Shown: positions 25,100-40,009, numbered from the stretch's first letter. The stretch is DNA of 64,000 nt from Eledone cirrhosa (GCA_964016885.1 OZ024740.1:410750001-410814000), one strand, 5' to 3'. Notes: generated by a model from the letters alone, not told the origin. Program-made: numbers and translations.

Positions 25100-25408
25100 A
25101 ATAATCGGGCTGGATACCCGATCGCGCGGTTAAACTATTGGGAGCATTCTTCTATGAGAAGGCAACTCAGGAAACTGGGATAGCTCCGACATAAAATCTG
25201 CGACTCAGAAGTTACCGATGATGTTGATCTTTTCTTCTTTCTGGGTTATATCTACTGTCGCTCAGAGAATGGGATTGGCTCAGTGTACAGTCTTTCCTCT
25301 CTTTTAAAAAATTCTTCACGTACAGGCATTGCACGATAGTATTAATTGATAATTATTAATAATGTTTTATCGTGCAATGGCCATACTCGATAACGAGGGT
25401 GAAGCATC
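25100..25408 (+). mobile_element. 3' part of the RTE-derived short retroposon
   Basis: Reverse complement of ~17220-17510. Confidence 0.75.
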
Positions 25409-25471
<63 letters not shown>

Positions 25472-25509
25472 ATATATATATATACACAAATATATATATA
25501 TAAATATAC

Positions 25510-25609
<100 letters not shown>

Positions 25610-25622
25610 ATATGTATATATG

Positions 25623-25704
<82 letters not shown>

Positions 25705-26168
25705 CATAAATATCTAAGTGTACTCGCTTGTGTGTAATAGCGAAAGCCACAGGTTTTTTTTATTAACACTATCTGCAATATATGTGCTTACATTCGATGC
25801 GTACGATTTCGGCCTTATCAATTATCAATTGCTCTCATCGTAATCGTTATTACAGCTACATCCGTTTACTAAATGTCTCATAAAAATTATATAGTATTAC
25901 AGCACCGAAGAATTATATTTTGCAGGCGTTTTTTTTTTGTTTTTTTTTGCGGGGAGTGGGGCGATTACGTAACAGCAATCAACTGATAGCAATAGTATCT
26001 ATGAACACTACAGAAATATATTATTTAACATCGCTCAGATGGCAACAAATGTCTTGAGTAAAGATTAATGTTTGACATATTGGGTTTCAAGTGGACATTT
26101 AAAATACAGTGGTCCTTTAGTAAGCAAAATGGTAGTGACGAAAGAAGTAATATTATCAACAAAACCAA

Positions 26169-26770
26169 TAATGGTTTCTACTTTTGGCACAATGCCAGAA
26201 ATTATACAAATGCATTACTGGTGCTTTTTTTTATCAACCCTGTAAGGATGAAAGGCAAAGTTAACCTCGGCGGGATTTGAACTCACAACGTAAAGGACTA
26301 TAACTCTATGCTGCAAAGGTTTCTGACGCTCTACCGATATTGCCAATCCATCACCCTTAACAAAACTAATAATTGTTTCTACTTTAGGCACAAGGCCAGC
26401 AATTACCCAGTGCATTACTGGTACTTTATTTTATCGACCCCGTAAGGATGAAAGGCAAAGTCAACCTCGGCGGGATTTGAACTCAGATCGTAAAGGGACG
26501 TAACTATGCTGGAAAGCATGGCATCCGACCCTCTACCGATACTGCCAATCCACCTAATAATGTTTTCTAATTTGGTAGAATACCAACGGCTTAGTGGGAT
26601 GGGTGTCATTTGTATTTACCCGCTTACTTGACTACTCGTAATACTACATTTCAGCGATCCCGGAAGGTCAGCTAGCAAATTTTGATTCAGCGGGGTTTGA
26701 ACTCAGAAAGTAATTGGAACCACATAACGCGAAGTATTTGTCCCACGATCTTACGATTCTGCCAATCTAG
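26169..26770 (-). mobile_element. Three tandem SINE copies (26169-26356, 26368-26554, older ~26560-26770)
   Basis: Repeated ggg(a/g)tttgaactca B-box complement and ctgcca/ttgcca A-box complement. Confidence 0.85.
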
Positions 26771-27639
26771 CATTCTCTTAGTATTTATGTCTCGATAACC
26801 AAGGGACAATACAAACGGACAAAGACCATACAGATTTACATAATCAGGTATACAAAGAAAGCAGGGAGTAATTAATCTCCTGGGTGCTGTTGGAGATCGG
26901 GTAGTTCAACCACCATATTTGGTGGGGTTTCCTTTTGGAACCTTTTTAAAGCCTACTCGGGACTTTTATGTTAGGAGCGCATACATGATTGGGGAAACAC
27001 TCATTTGTAGATACCTAGCAACTTTCGTAACATGATTAGTGTCTAATGTACTTTAGATGTGTTCGTGCCAAACAACCCGATTTCTTTCTCAATCTCTTTG
27101 TGCTATGAGGACCATGAGCTCTTCCGAGCACGTCGTATTCAGTATCTGGTGTTGTTTGCTGTTGACTTTGTGTGTTCGTGTGTTTTCTTGCAGTTGTGGC
27201 TGGTTGTGGCTGTGGTAGGGTTGGTGATTGTTTCGATGGTTGCTGTGTTGTCACTTAGGGTGATTGTGCAGGTGGTGCAGTTGCAGATATGTTTAGTGAG
27301 AGTTTTTGTTTTTAGTTGATATTGGTGTCTGGCAGAGAGGGTTATCTAATTTTGTTGTCATGGTTTATTTCTTTTTCTTTATTGGGTTGGAGCGGGGAGG
27401 TGATGTTGGTGTTCACGGTGCTGCTGTCGTAGTGGAGGAGGCAGTGTTCTTGCTTGTTTTGTTGTTCCTTTTACTGTTATTTTTGTTGATTTTTGGATAC
27501 TGATGTCGGTGTTGATAATTTCAAGAGTCTGGAAATCGTTTCATACTTTTTCCTTGCTGTGTTATTGTTGCTGATTTTCACAATTTCGCCGTTCCGTTCT
27601 GCAGGAGATGGCTCTTCTTTTCATCAGACGTGCATTCCT

Positions 27640-28900
27640 TGACCACCATCTTTCATTTTTTTTTAACTGCCTTCTACATTCTTTAAACTAATAGATAAAC
27701 ACTTCCCTATTTCACACAGATATCATAAAATACTCAATAGAAAAACTATAAAACTCTCATACTCTACGGCAGCAAATATAGAATCGCACATACGCAAGAT
27801 CAACCACAGAAATACCTCTAGGGAATCCACCCCACCTATGCGCTACATAGCACCAAATTACAAACATAAACACATCACAGTATCACAACCGCAAGCGCAT
27901 ACAAGCACGCAGCAGCAAAACCCCAACGGGCATAAATCACAACCCACTTATAGCAGTATACAAAACAGCAGTGTGGAAGCTGCACGAAATAACACCTCAA
28001 ACTGTAACTGTCACTTACCGGATAGGTGCCCATTGGTGAATAGATGCCTTGATTCGAGCCTAGTGTACATGTGTACGGTCAAATCAGACAACCCCACTTG
28101 GCATTACATTGGATCCACCGCGGGTACTTTTAAAAAAAGATGGTATGTGCACAGACACTCGATGAAAAACCGTGCACTTATGGGTTCTACAACCCTCGCC
28201 AAAAAAATCTGGGAACTTAAGAACAATAACACCAACTACAATATCAACTGGTCGAGGTTGTCGGCCGCAAAGTCTTACAGTACCGGTATGTCCCACTGTA
28301 GGCTCTGTGATCTAGAATTACTATATATCCTTAGGAATGTAAAAAGGCTACTTAACAACAAGTTAGAAAGATCAATCTTCTGCAGACACAGGATCGCCAC
28401 TAAATTCACAAGATTTAAGCCACCGTGAATCGAACCGACGTAACTTAGCTTTCAACTTAGGATATCCACTATACTGCACGGACCACCACAGAAATATAAT
28501 CATTAAGTACATTCTAGCCTTCTTAATTCTATACCACAGTAATGTCTGTAAGTACCTTATCAACCCATAAATATATCCCTTCTCAGCTGCTGTCGACACA
28601 ACTTCCTCACCCTTGCCTCTCAACAAATGAACCTAAATCCAAGAACATTTCAAACATCACCTTCCTCCTTTTATAATTGTAGTCAGCATGTTTTCTCTTT
28701 ATATATATATATATATTGCCTCCTTAATCTCTGTATTAACTTGCCTATTATATTGCTACTCTGTTAATATAGTCTTGTACATGTATGTTATTGATGATGT
28801 GAAAGGTAAACAACCCCTTCATCTAATATAGACCACATAAATATTGAACCTAACACCACAAATATTACTATCCTCACAACAGTGAAACATTTTTCATCTG
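27640..28900 (+). mobile_element. Penelope-like element 3' part with GIY-YIG endonuclease ORF 27838-28428
   Basis: CNC..PDRCPL.NRCL.SSLVY...HYIGST...FKKRWYVH...STTLAKKIWELK...CRLCDLE...CRHR. Upstream, HRYHKILNRKTIKLSYS is typical of the PLE linker. Confidence 0.9.
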
Positions 28901-29513
28901 TCAGATAATAAATGATTCTTACGGCCACCAGACCTACAGTAAAGGAAATGGTTCATTGTTTAAAGCCACCGGCTTATCTTTACACTATATATAATACACC
29001 CCATGACAGCTTTTACATGTCAATTTTATACATCTGCCTCATATCAGCTAGTTTTACACGCTAAAATCGTAGATATACTATATTTCTCACCTAGATTGAT
29101 GTTGTGATTATTTCAAATAATTTATTGCTAGCATTGTTAGTATTGTTGTTATTGTTCTGATTGAATGCCATTACTACTATATATAGTAGCCATGCCTGTA
29201 TATTCCTTTCATTCTCACAAGCTCCGATGAATTGACTGGTTACAACTATGTATTCGTGATCGAATGACGTGAAAACAATTGTCAGCAATGAGATGAAAAA
29301 ACCTTTTTTGTATAGTAAACCGTGTCACTCTTCTTTCCTGATTTATCATTACTCCAAGTGTTTACAACATAGAAATTACCGCGTACTCGCAGCATCACTA
29401 TGGAAACGCCTTGTTGAGTCAAACTTAGCCAAGCGTTGATATCATCCACTACTCGGAGTGCCATAACTGGACTACACTTAAGTGGACTACCTATAACAAT
29501 AATCTGTTACCCC

Positions 29514-29578
<65 letters not shown>

Positions 29579-29579
29579 C

Positions 29580-29634
<55 letters not shown>

Positions 29635-31056
29635 TATGTGTGTGTGTACACCATTTTAGATTGTTAATCATTCATTGGGCAGGTAATGTATTCATATCTA
29701 ATAACTAATTATTAGATTATCTTATCATAAAGTAACTATTAACTATTAACTAGATTTGTTGAACGTATAGCACATCTTGAGGAATATATTTCGAAACTAT
29801 ACAGCAAGTCTCGGCAATGTGTATTTTTGGATACCTTTACATGTTAAAGATTTTATAAAGAGAAATGATGTATTTTATGAATGAGTTGTTACCAATTTCA
29901 ATAATAGTTTTTTATCGCATCCGTTTTCGCTTGGCCACTTGTTTGTTCATATTAAACAGAACGATAATCATAGGCAATTCATAATTCTTCTTCACAACAG
30001 CCCCCTCCCCCTACATTGTCTGATGAACTCTTGCTTTCTAAGATACTAAATGTGTGATTTAGTGATTTGGTCGATATTTTTAGCAGAATAAATAACTCCT
30101 CTCATTTTCTCTTTCAGTATTCGGTTAATGGACGAACAACACCATAATGAGAAATGTATTTAATTTGTCACATATTTCTTAACCATATATCACAAAATCA
30201 CAAAACTTCTTTAAAAGAGAAATATTTATAGTGGAAACCTCAATTACAGATGAAAGGGTTGTGCACTTATATGTCAAACCCACATCAATAAAATCGTTGA
30301 GATATATAGCTATACAATCTTTAGATAAGAATTTCAATAAACATCTATCAAAGGCACGAAAAAATGTAATTGAACTTAATACGAAAATGTAAATACAAAT
30401 ATTAATGTAAAAATGCATATGTAAAATGACAGTTTAAAGACTTTTAAGCATCGATATGCATCAGACTATAAAATTGGCACAGGTCAGGATATTTTAAGCT
30501 ACACCTGAAATGTCTATATTTGTGACATATCTCATTTGGAAGTTTTCTTTTAATAGATATTTTTGTTATAAAATCAGGATATTAATATAATACTCTATAA
30601 CCAACAAAAATGCAATTTTATGCAAAGTCCAGATTTTTCCAGAAGGTCACGAATAATACTTCAACGATTGCGGGTACTCTAATCCAGGTGGATCGTTTCA
30701 TTTTCTCAATATTAAGCTTTTGCGGAAATAACTATATTTGTATCTGTAGTGAAATAAAAACAAGTTAATCCGAATGCTTTGCAATAAGAAAGATTCATTG
30801 TTAGAAGAACATTATATAATTGTTTATTTATTTATTATATCTGTGATTGATTAAATATTACAAAACCTTACTACCAAAACAGTGATAAAGAGATTTAGAG
30901 TATGGTATAGATGAGTGATTCACAATGAGGGCAGTACGGTTGCATTGAACTTCTGTGAATCTTTAAGATGATGGAAGGTTTTCAGAGGCGCTATAGGGCG
31001 CTATCAAAAGAGAGAGTGATAGAGAGAGAGAAACAGAATGAGATAGAGAGATATAG

Positions 31057-31095
<39 letters not shown>

Positions 31096-33530
31096 GAGAG
31101 AGCGAGAGAAAGAGAGAGATAGGCGTGAGAAGAGAGATCTAGCAGCAATTACAGAGGTGGGGAGTGGGTTGGTGGAGAAACTGTGTAAAGGATACGCGGT
31201 ACCCTAGGGTCATGTTATATTCATCAACATGTATTATGAGAAAAGAAGGAATCGAGAAAGAGAGGAAAAGCGCACAAAAGGTAAATTCTTGTAACCAAGT
31301 CAAATGGTTAATGTTTTATGTTGACTTGGAGAGTTCTGCTGAATTGAGAGTAAAGATTGAAACAACGTGATTCCTTGGTTTCTTTTCAGTTTTATTTGTT
31401 CATTGAGTGACCGAGGATTAGACCGGAAGCTGTGTCGTTGCAAAGTTGACTGTAATAAAACTTAGTGTTATCAATAAAAGAGAGATACATATATAATAGA
31501 GTAAAAAACAAGTTCTTCACAGGAAATATTGTTTTTTACTTTCTAGCATTCTAAAATTAAATTTATTAAGGAAAGTTTTGAAAAGACTTAAGAAAGTATT
31601 CGATGAAACGAAATAATTTAGGGAATAACTGCTAGAAAAGCTATAATTTTTTAATTTATTTGTCTATAGTGCAATATTGAATTATGTTTGAACCCCGTCA
31701 CTTAAAAAAAATATTAATAGATAATTAAATACATCCTAATAGGTTGGATATGTTTTAAATAGTAGGCTGAAATGATTTAAATGATCGAAGTGTACAGTCA
31801 CCTTTATACACTTCTAAATGTTTAGCTAATTTTTAATTGTTGACCAAATCGTATATCAGGTAGGATAATGAAATATTAACCTATTATTCAAATATTGACA
31901 TCGATTCTTCTTTCTCTCTCCCATGCCTCCCCTCTGTCTTGTCTCTCTCTCTCTCACACTCTTACACACACTCCCGCTTACGCTCTGTCTGGGCTGTGCC
32001 AGTGATTTAAGGATCGCGTTGATTCTGCCACAAAACTAAGAAAAATGAAATCCGTGCTAGTTTTATCTATTTATCGATGTCAATGGGAGGACAGGGGACG
32101 CTAAAGGGTTTGAAGGCAAGTGCAAAGAGAAAAATACTGTAAGGCAGGCTTTCCATCAAACACTCTAACATTCTTACAAAATCGCCGTCTTTGATATAGT
32201 CATATATACAATGTCTGTAGTATTTGAACGAATTACTATACAATAAAATATACAGTTATTACAGTCAATAATAAATACAGAATGAATTTATGATTCAATT
32301 AAGATAAAAGTATTGCATATTTTGGGTATATTTGGGGGATTCTATATAGAGGACTACCTCCTATATACTAAACATAATGGGAAGTTTCTTTCTTATCATG
32401 TTCAACACTAAAGACTAAGTAGTTGCATATTTTTTTGGATAAGAGAGAGGGAGATAGAACGAGGAGAGTGAGAGAGAAGGAGAGAGATTGAGAGAGAAGA
32501 TTAAGAACAAAACAGAGGGGGTGGATTATCTGATATCGTCGCGATAATTCAGTATATGATGACACTCTTGCTTGTGAGGGATTTGCTGAAAAGAAAGAAA
32601 TATAATTTAGATCCGTAGTTAAATGTTTAAAAACACGTGGTACTGTATATGATTTGAAATCGAAACCTTTCAAGATACCGTAAGTGAAGTATCATTTTCT
32701 TAAATTAAGTTAAATTAAGATGCTCAAACTTCTCCACGTCATTTTATTTTAAGACGTACGCTTGGTAATTGAATTAAGGTTAACTTATTTCAAATGCGCA
32801 TAATAAATGTTTGTATAATGAAAATATATATCGAAATGTAAAAGTTTGATATAAGATATAATCTCATTTGAAGTATTCTCTGAGAAAATTGACTTTATTT
32901 GCCACATTATCGGCAAGGTGAATCAAAATGTAGATAACTGTTAACTAGACAGCTGGAAATGTCTCCATGTTATTTATTTCTTCTTAAAAGTATTGGAGTG
33001 TGTGTCTATTGCTAAAAATAGTCTATTTCTGTTTATCTATTTTCTGTAAATTTTCAAATTTAAGAAATCATAATATAGCTCAATATTATAGAAAACATTC
33101 TAATAATTAATCAATATTTAATTTCACTCATTTATCATTTATACATCTTGAAATATTCTATCTAACCCTCTTGGACATGACAATTATTCTTCTATTGTCA
33201 CCTCAGCTGGTTTCGTGTATAAATTCCTTTAGATGCGTTGTGATTTAAATTCACAGTCTATGTCAGTCTTTCTTAATTAACGTCCTACTGTTCTTTAATG
33301 CTTTTCGCCTATCATCATTTCAAGCTGGAGGGAATTGAATGTGTGAATGCAATTATTCCTTTCGTTAACATTTTCGGTCCACTACTCTAATGCGTCACTG
33401 CAGTCAATTTATCAAACCAGCCTACAATGTTGTTCCGTAATAGCAAACAGTACATCAGGATAAGAATATTTGTTCCAGAACTAAATTTCAATATCCAACT
33501 CCAATACGACTTTTCCCACATTAATTATCC

Positions 33531-33727
33531 GGGGCGGTGGATTGGCAGTGTCGGTAGGAGGTCGGACGCCATGCTTTGACGTATGGAGTTACGGCCCTTG
33601 CCATTCTGAGTTCAAATCCCGCCGAGGTTAACTTTGCCTTTCATCCTTACGGGGTCGATAAAATAAAGTACCAGTAATGTACTGGGTAATTACTGGCCTT
33701 GTGTCAAAAGTAGAAACAATTAATTAT
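33531..33727 (+). mobile_element. Full-length major tRNA-derived SINE (reference copy), Nin/Deu-like core
   Basis: ggggcggtggatTGGCAGTGTCGG...GAGTTCAAATCC, core gcctttcatccttacggggtcgataaaataaagtaccag, and a possible TSD attatcc(gg) on both sides. Confidence 0.92.
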
Positions 33728-34403
33728 CCGGGATTTTTTTCCAACTTTCCCATATTTCTTCCTTTGATAACTAAAACAATAAATGACATCAATATGATCT
33801 AAATCACCCCAATAAAGAGCATGTTATTCTCTTATTTTTTAGTCAAACAATGTTAAAACCAGAAAATGTGTACCTAAGTCTCATTTTTTCAGAAATCATT
33901 CGGTTACACAGGTCTTATATTCAACTGCGATATCTATAACATGAACATAACATATAGATATCATATGTCTCTATATGATGTCTCGGTTTCCTTTGAAGTG
34001 ACTTGTGCGACTATAGCACATTTAGCAGGAACAAAATGTAGGGCGCAAGAAACTACATCCAAGGACAACAATCCGAAATATATTTAAAATGATATACGAT
34101 TCATCCTAAATAATTACAATTGGAAATAGTCGATGCGGTAAAGAGGTAAAGAGAAGGCTAGTGTGATCTTTGGCAGATATGGGGACAAATACAAGGATGT
34201 TCCTGACGTAATAGACCTTATCAGTGAACGGGTCTGCCAGACAAATAAATAGAAAGAACTATTTGAATATACAGTGGTTCTATATATGCATTATATAAAT
34301 ATAATATACAAAATATTACAAAAATATATCTTGGAGTGTTTTATAATAGCTATTAGAGGTATTGTAAAACTTTTAAAGATATATTATTGTAATAATTGTT
34401 GTA

Positions 34404-34522
34404 TGATCTGAGTTCAAATTCCGCCGAGGTTAACTTTGCCTTTCATCCTTACGGGGTCGATAAAATAAAGTACCAGTAATGTGGTGGGTAAATGCTGGCC
34501 TTGTGCCAAATGTAGAAACAAT
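34404..34522 (+). mobile_element. 5'-truncated major SINE
   Basis: B box, core and tail present. Confidence 0.85.
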
Positions 34523-34621
34523 TTTATTTATATACTGAACTTTTGTGTAGCTTTCTATTGGCCGACTTGTCTGCTGCCCGAATTTCTCTTTCCATCTTAT
34601 CTTTTTTCTTTCTTCCTTTCT

Positions 34622-34678
<57 letters not shown>

Positions 34679-34996
34679 CCTGCAAGCGGAATTAGTCGAT
34701 CTCAGATTTACAGAAACCTAGCGTGGATGTTGTATGTTATATGTGATGTATATCGTATGCTATACGATATGCGTTATGTGTTACATTCGGTCTCCGCGTG
34801 ATGGTCCAGGTCAATCAAAAACCTTTCCCTGAGTCCAGTCTTTTTCGTGGCTATGGCAATGCGGCTGGACTGCCGATCGCTATATTTGATTTGCAAAGCT
34901 GTCTAAACGTATTGTTATGACTCTGGGGTATTAATCTCCATCGAGTGCTAAAGCTTAATTCCGAAACTGCATTCGTTAGCTTAGCCGCACATATAA

Positions 34997-35109
<113 letters not shown>

Positions 35110-35834
35110 AGAGAGAGATAAAACGAACACATGGTTGATTTTTTTAGAGGTTAGTATGCTGTAGCTTCAGGCTGTATGAGCTTGCGGTGGTGGAGTGTCA
35201 CAAATTAGATGGTAATGAGGAAACAAAAAATCCGAGATGAACTATACCGAGTGAATTTACCCTGTCTGGATTTTGAGATTAATGATAAACATTCGGATTT
35301 CATTTTCGACAATTTTGATGTTTATACAAACATATGAAATGCTCAGATAAATGCGATTTGCCTCATTTTGCTTCCTCAATATATAGGAGTATTGTGTCCA
35401 TGATACACTCGTACTTGAAAGAGGTTTATCCGAAAAATGCCATGCCCTGCGGAATCAAATCAGATTTTAAATAAGTGAGCCGAAATATAATAGTTTTGCT
35501 ATCATAACATCAACCGAATGCCATATATCATTTGGCTGTAATATTCTACCATCCACCAAGTAGTGTAAAATGAATTATTTTCTAGCATCAATACTTCTCA
35601 ATAGGATATGTTGCAGCCTGCATTTTGATCCTACATCAAGCTTCAAAAGATCAAGTTAACCTCAGGCCTCACATACAAACAGACACCCAAGACATACATA
35701 AGGAAAAAAAAAGTTTAAATCGAAAAGATTAAAAGTTGAAAGATAAAAGATGAAGTTAAATGTATACAAAACAATATATACAGATAAAATATATACACAA
35801 ACACACACAAGGCTACATACATATGTACACGCTA

Positions 35835-36027
35835 TTTGGCTGGTCGTTGTCTTTGCTGCGTTCCTACGCCCTTTATCGGGTTGTGTTTTCATCCCGCAGG
35901 GTGTCCAAATATCAACCTCTTCACCAAGAAAACTTACTGGGATAGCCGATTTAGTCGCCGACGACCCGACTATCCAACAGGTTGTACTGGGTTACATGTT
36001 ACCAGTAGCACCCGGGAGAGACCTGAC
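35835..36027 (-). mobile_element. 5' head of the RTE-derived short retroposon
   Basis: Matches 17585-17778 and the reverse complement of 42212-42402. Confidence 0.75.
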
Positions 36028-36884
36028 ACATTTAAACGTAGAGATACATACATACTTATATACATACAAGTATACATACATGCATACATGTGTGTGTGTA
36101 TGTGTGTGTCTGCATGTGTGCCTGAGTTGATGTATGAATGTATATATGCATATTTATATTCATATACGTAAGAATGAAAGACTGAAGGAATGAAAGAGCG
36201 ATATATTTCTATATTGTTTGTTTAATTGGGTAAGTATGTAAGGGTGTTCTGTATGAATGAAATAATTAGAATATAGCGGAAATATATACTATGCCAGAAA
36301 TAAGCAAAATCCGTGTTCAGTCTGCAAAATATTGAACTTCACACGATTTACAATCATACCTTTTATTATTAGATTATATATACATTGATAAGTAACATAC
36401 TAAAGAGAATGGAACCATTAAAAGGAATTGAAAGAAACATGTAAACTAGTTAGTTCTTTGATGTTACTATTTTTATAATTTGATGGTATTCTATTCTAGC
36501 AAAGAGAGATCTAATATATGTTTCATAGATATTGTTTAGTTCCAGATCAAATCCAATTGAGCAAAGATTATGACGTTTAAGTCTTTATCAGATTGACACA
36601 TCGTACGACATGGTAAGTCAGGATACATTTGACTACATTTTAAAAGTATCCTGTCTGCTAATATATTTGCTATTTCTCACTGATAGAGCTTATAGATTCC
36701 GTGTAGAATATAATATTAAAATCATAGGCTTAATTTCCATTTAGGAATGATACGGTGATATTTCCTCTCTTACGTAAATACACTTCTAACGAAGTCTACA
36801 TATGCTGCATGAGGGAATAGAGCCTGAAACGCAACTGCATCAGTGTGAACGTATACATATATGTGTGCATTTTATAGTATAATA

Positions 36885-37069
36885 TAATTGTTTCCACTTT
36901 TGGCACAGGCCAACAATTATCCCAGTGTATTACTTTATTTTATCGACCCCATAAGGATGAAAGGCAAAGTGAGCCTCAGCGGGTTTTGAACTCAGACCAT
37001 AAAGGGCCGTAACTCTTTGCTGCAAAGCATGGCGTCCGACCCTCTACCGATACTACCAACCCACCACCC
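36885..37069 (-). mobile_element. Major tRNA-derived SINE
   Basis: A/B boxes, core and tail present. Confidence 0.9.
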
Positions 37070-37199
37070 TCTTTTTATAGTATAATATAACACAATATAT
37101 ATAGAGTACTAAACGTTTTCGAAGAAGTAGATGAAGTAGAAAAACGGTCTCTGTATTGCACAGAGCCAAAGTATATTGAATGAATAAGATCTCTCTCCG

Positions 37200-38640
37200 G
37201 AATGATAATCCCAATTTTCAAAAAGGGAGACAAGAGATATTGTTCCCATTACAGAGAGATCTCCTTGTTAAGGCTCCCCAGTAAAGTATATGATAAGTGC
37301 CTGGGAAAGAGATGCAGAGCTGATGAAGAAGGTCGTTGTCGACGAGGATGCAGAACAACCAACCAAATATTTACACGGTGGCAGGGCTTCGAGAAATAGT
37401 GGGACTATTGATAAGAGGTATATTCTTGTTTTGTCGACCTCGGGACCTACTGTGGAAAGTTGTGCAGGAATATGGGATCGTGACCAGCCTCTTGCTGCCC
37501 TGATGTCTCTATACACATGCCCGAGTATTTGTGCTCTGACAAATGGTGCTAAATAGAAACCATTCAATGTAGGTGTTGGAAACCATAAAGTGTGCATACT
37601 GTCACCTCTCCTGATCATTATTTTTGGCATTATCGGTAGAGGGTCGGATACCATGCTTTGACTCATAGAGTTACGGCCCTTGCCATTCTGAGTTCAAATC
37701 CCGCCAAGGTTAACTTTGCCTTTCATCCTTACAGGGTCGCTAAAATAAAGTACCAGTAATGCACTTGGTAATTGCTGGCCTTGTGCAAAAAGTAGAAACA
37801 ATTATTTATATGTACAGGGTTAGCATGCGCTGTTAGAAGTGATATCATGACTGGCGAGTGTAAAATGTCGGCTGGAATCTGCAGACGACAGACGGTGATC
37901 TCCGACTTTCACTTGATAGCTTTGATGCCGAGCGCTGTATGGCTGCAATGAAATCAATACTGAAAAAAACTGAGAAACTTGTCCTCCCAAGGAAGCCTGC
38001 CCAGTGCACTCTATATGTGATTGGAGTTCCACTGAAGCAGGTAGAGATGTTCAAGTATAACGGGGACGTGCCCAGTCAGGCGGCTGAATTAAGTGCAAGA
38101 ATTGCAAAAGTTGGGGCAGTGATGCACCAGATTCAGCATTCGGTAAAAGCCAAACACTATTTCTAATTCGGTATTCATGCCAACTTTTACCTATGCTAAT
38201 GAATATTGGGTAATGACTAAAGAAATACGATCGAGATTACCAGCAACCGAAATGGGGTTCCTCCGAAGTTTCTTTGAAGTAACGTTACTCAATACAGTGT
38301 GTAGCTCGGAGATCAGAGAGTCACTCCAGGTAGAGCCGCTACTTCTCCGAATTGAGAGATCATAGCTCCGATACTATGGACATGTGGTTAGAATGTCTCA
38401 GGAATGAATCGCTGGACAGATTTTACTGGCAAAACCAACCGGTAAGAGACCCAGGGGTAGACCCCGAAGAAGATGGTTGGATAACATCCATGAGCTTGCT
38501 GGTCTCACTTGGGGATCCAGCCGGATCAGTTGCGGATGGTTGTTTTAGACAGGACCCGCTGGAGGAAGTGTTTGGGGTCTCTGCCCCCACTACTCTCTCA
38601 GGAATAAGTGGGAGAAGAAGAAGAAGAAAAGAAGAAGATA
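37200..38640 (+). mobile_element. 5'-truncated RTE-type LINE interrupted by a SINE (37625-37805)
   Basis: IIPIFKKGDKRYCSHYREISLL.LPSKVY, SADD, KQVEMFKY, PTFTYANEYW...ATEMGFLR, IERS*LRYYGHV, KPTGKRPRGRPRRRW, and an (AGA)n tail. Confidence 0.9.
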
Positions 38641-39303
38641 ATATTCCTTCATTGCTTTCGAAAGCAAAAGAGATGCTTCTACTACTGCCAATAACACAAC
38701 CATTGCTGCTCTTACTACTACTACTACTACTACTACCGTAATACTGCTGCTGCTGCTCTTCCTTCTCCTACTCCCGTTCACCTCCACCACCACCTCCTCC
38801 TCCTCCTACTATTACTACCACCACCACTACCACTGTTGTATACTGCTACTACTACTGCAACACATTTTAGAGTGAATCTGGACAACAGAGTTGTTATCTT
38901 ATTGCTAACCAATTTAATTTAAAAGTCCTCGATATGTTATACCATAAAACTACATATTATCGAGATATCACTCGATAGAGAGTATCAGAAAATCTATCAT
39001 GATATATATACATAAAATATGATATTATGGTTGCCGAAGCTATTCTATTTTATTTAATATGCTTATTTAAAATTGCAATGTGATTTCTCTTTTTCTTCGA
39101 AACATTAATACTATAAACTATATTTGATATAAACTATATTTGATGCGAAATTGTTATAATAAAACCTGTTTTGTTGCGCTAGTATTGAATATAAATACCG
39201 TATCTCACAGCAATGTTCGTATGATTTTATATAATACATATTTATGTAGCATATTGTTAGTAAATAATTGTTACGTCGCATTTGCGAGTTAATAGATGTG
39301 TCA

Positions 39304-40009
39304 TAATTGTTTCTACTGTAGGCACAAGGCCAGAAATCACCCAGTGCATAACTGGTACTTTATTTTATCGACCCCGTACGGATGAAAGGCAAAGTCAACC
39401 TCAGCGGGATTTGAACTCAGATCGTAAAGGGACGTAACTATGCTGGAAAGCATGGCGTCCGACCCTCGACTGATACTGCCAATCCACCGCCCTTTGTCAT
39501 AATATGCGTGTATGTTAGTGCCATAAAAAATATAAGAACACCTAATATAAACAATAGATAATTGTAGAGCCAAATACATATGTGTTTAACCAGTGATATT
39601 TAAAACTATCTTAACTACATCTTTGTCTGTACATACCTAATGCTTTTAGGTATAACATTTATAATAAAAGACTCACATTCGCACACAAATATTTTGATAA
39701 TTACACATACAGATACACATATATGCATATGTTTGAGTATGTGTATGTGTATGTGTAACGTATGTTGTGTGTGTATTAGAATGTCTATTAACACAAGTCT
39801 TGGAAAGGCGTCTTATATTGCCACATATATTGCCTCACGGGGTCGAAAAAATAAAGTACTGGCCTTTTGCTTATTAGATATCATTAGAGTTACGGCCCTT
39901 GCCATTCTGAGTTCAAATCCCGCCGAGGTTAACTTTGCCTTTCATCCTTATCATCCGGGATCGATAAAATAAAGTACCAGTAATGCCTTGTGCCAAAAGT
40001 AGAAACGAT
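39304..40009. mobile_element. Major SINE copies in divergent orientation (39304-39492 -, 39887-40009 +)
   Basis: Core sequence present on opposite strands. Confidence 0.85.

Noticed and set aside
33531-33622. tRNA gene suggested by A and B boxes
   Set aside because: The boxes belong to a SINE head followed by core and tail, and no cloverleaf with acceptor stem is present.
36803-36842. Possible hammerhead (ctgcatgagg...cctgaaacgc)
   Set aside because: The core is interrupted and there is no UH site in register, so it is too degenerate to count.
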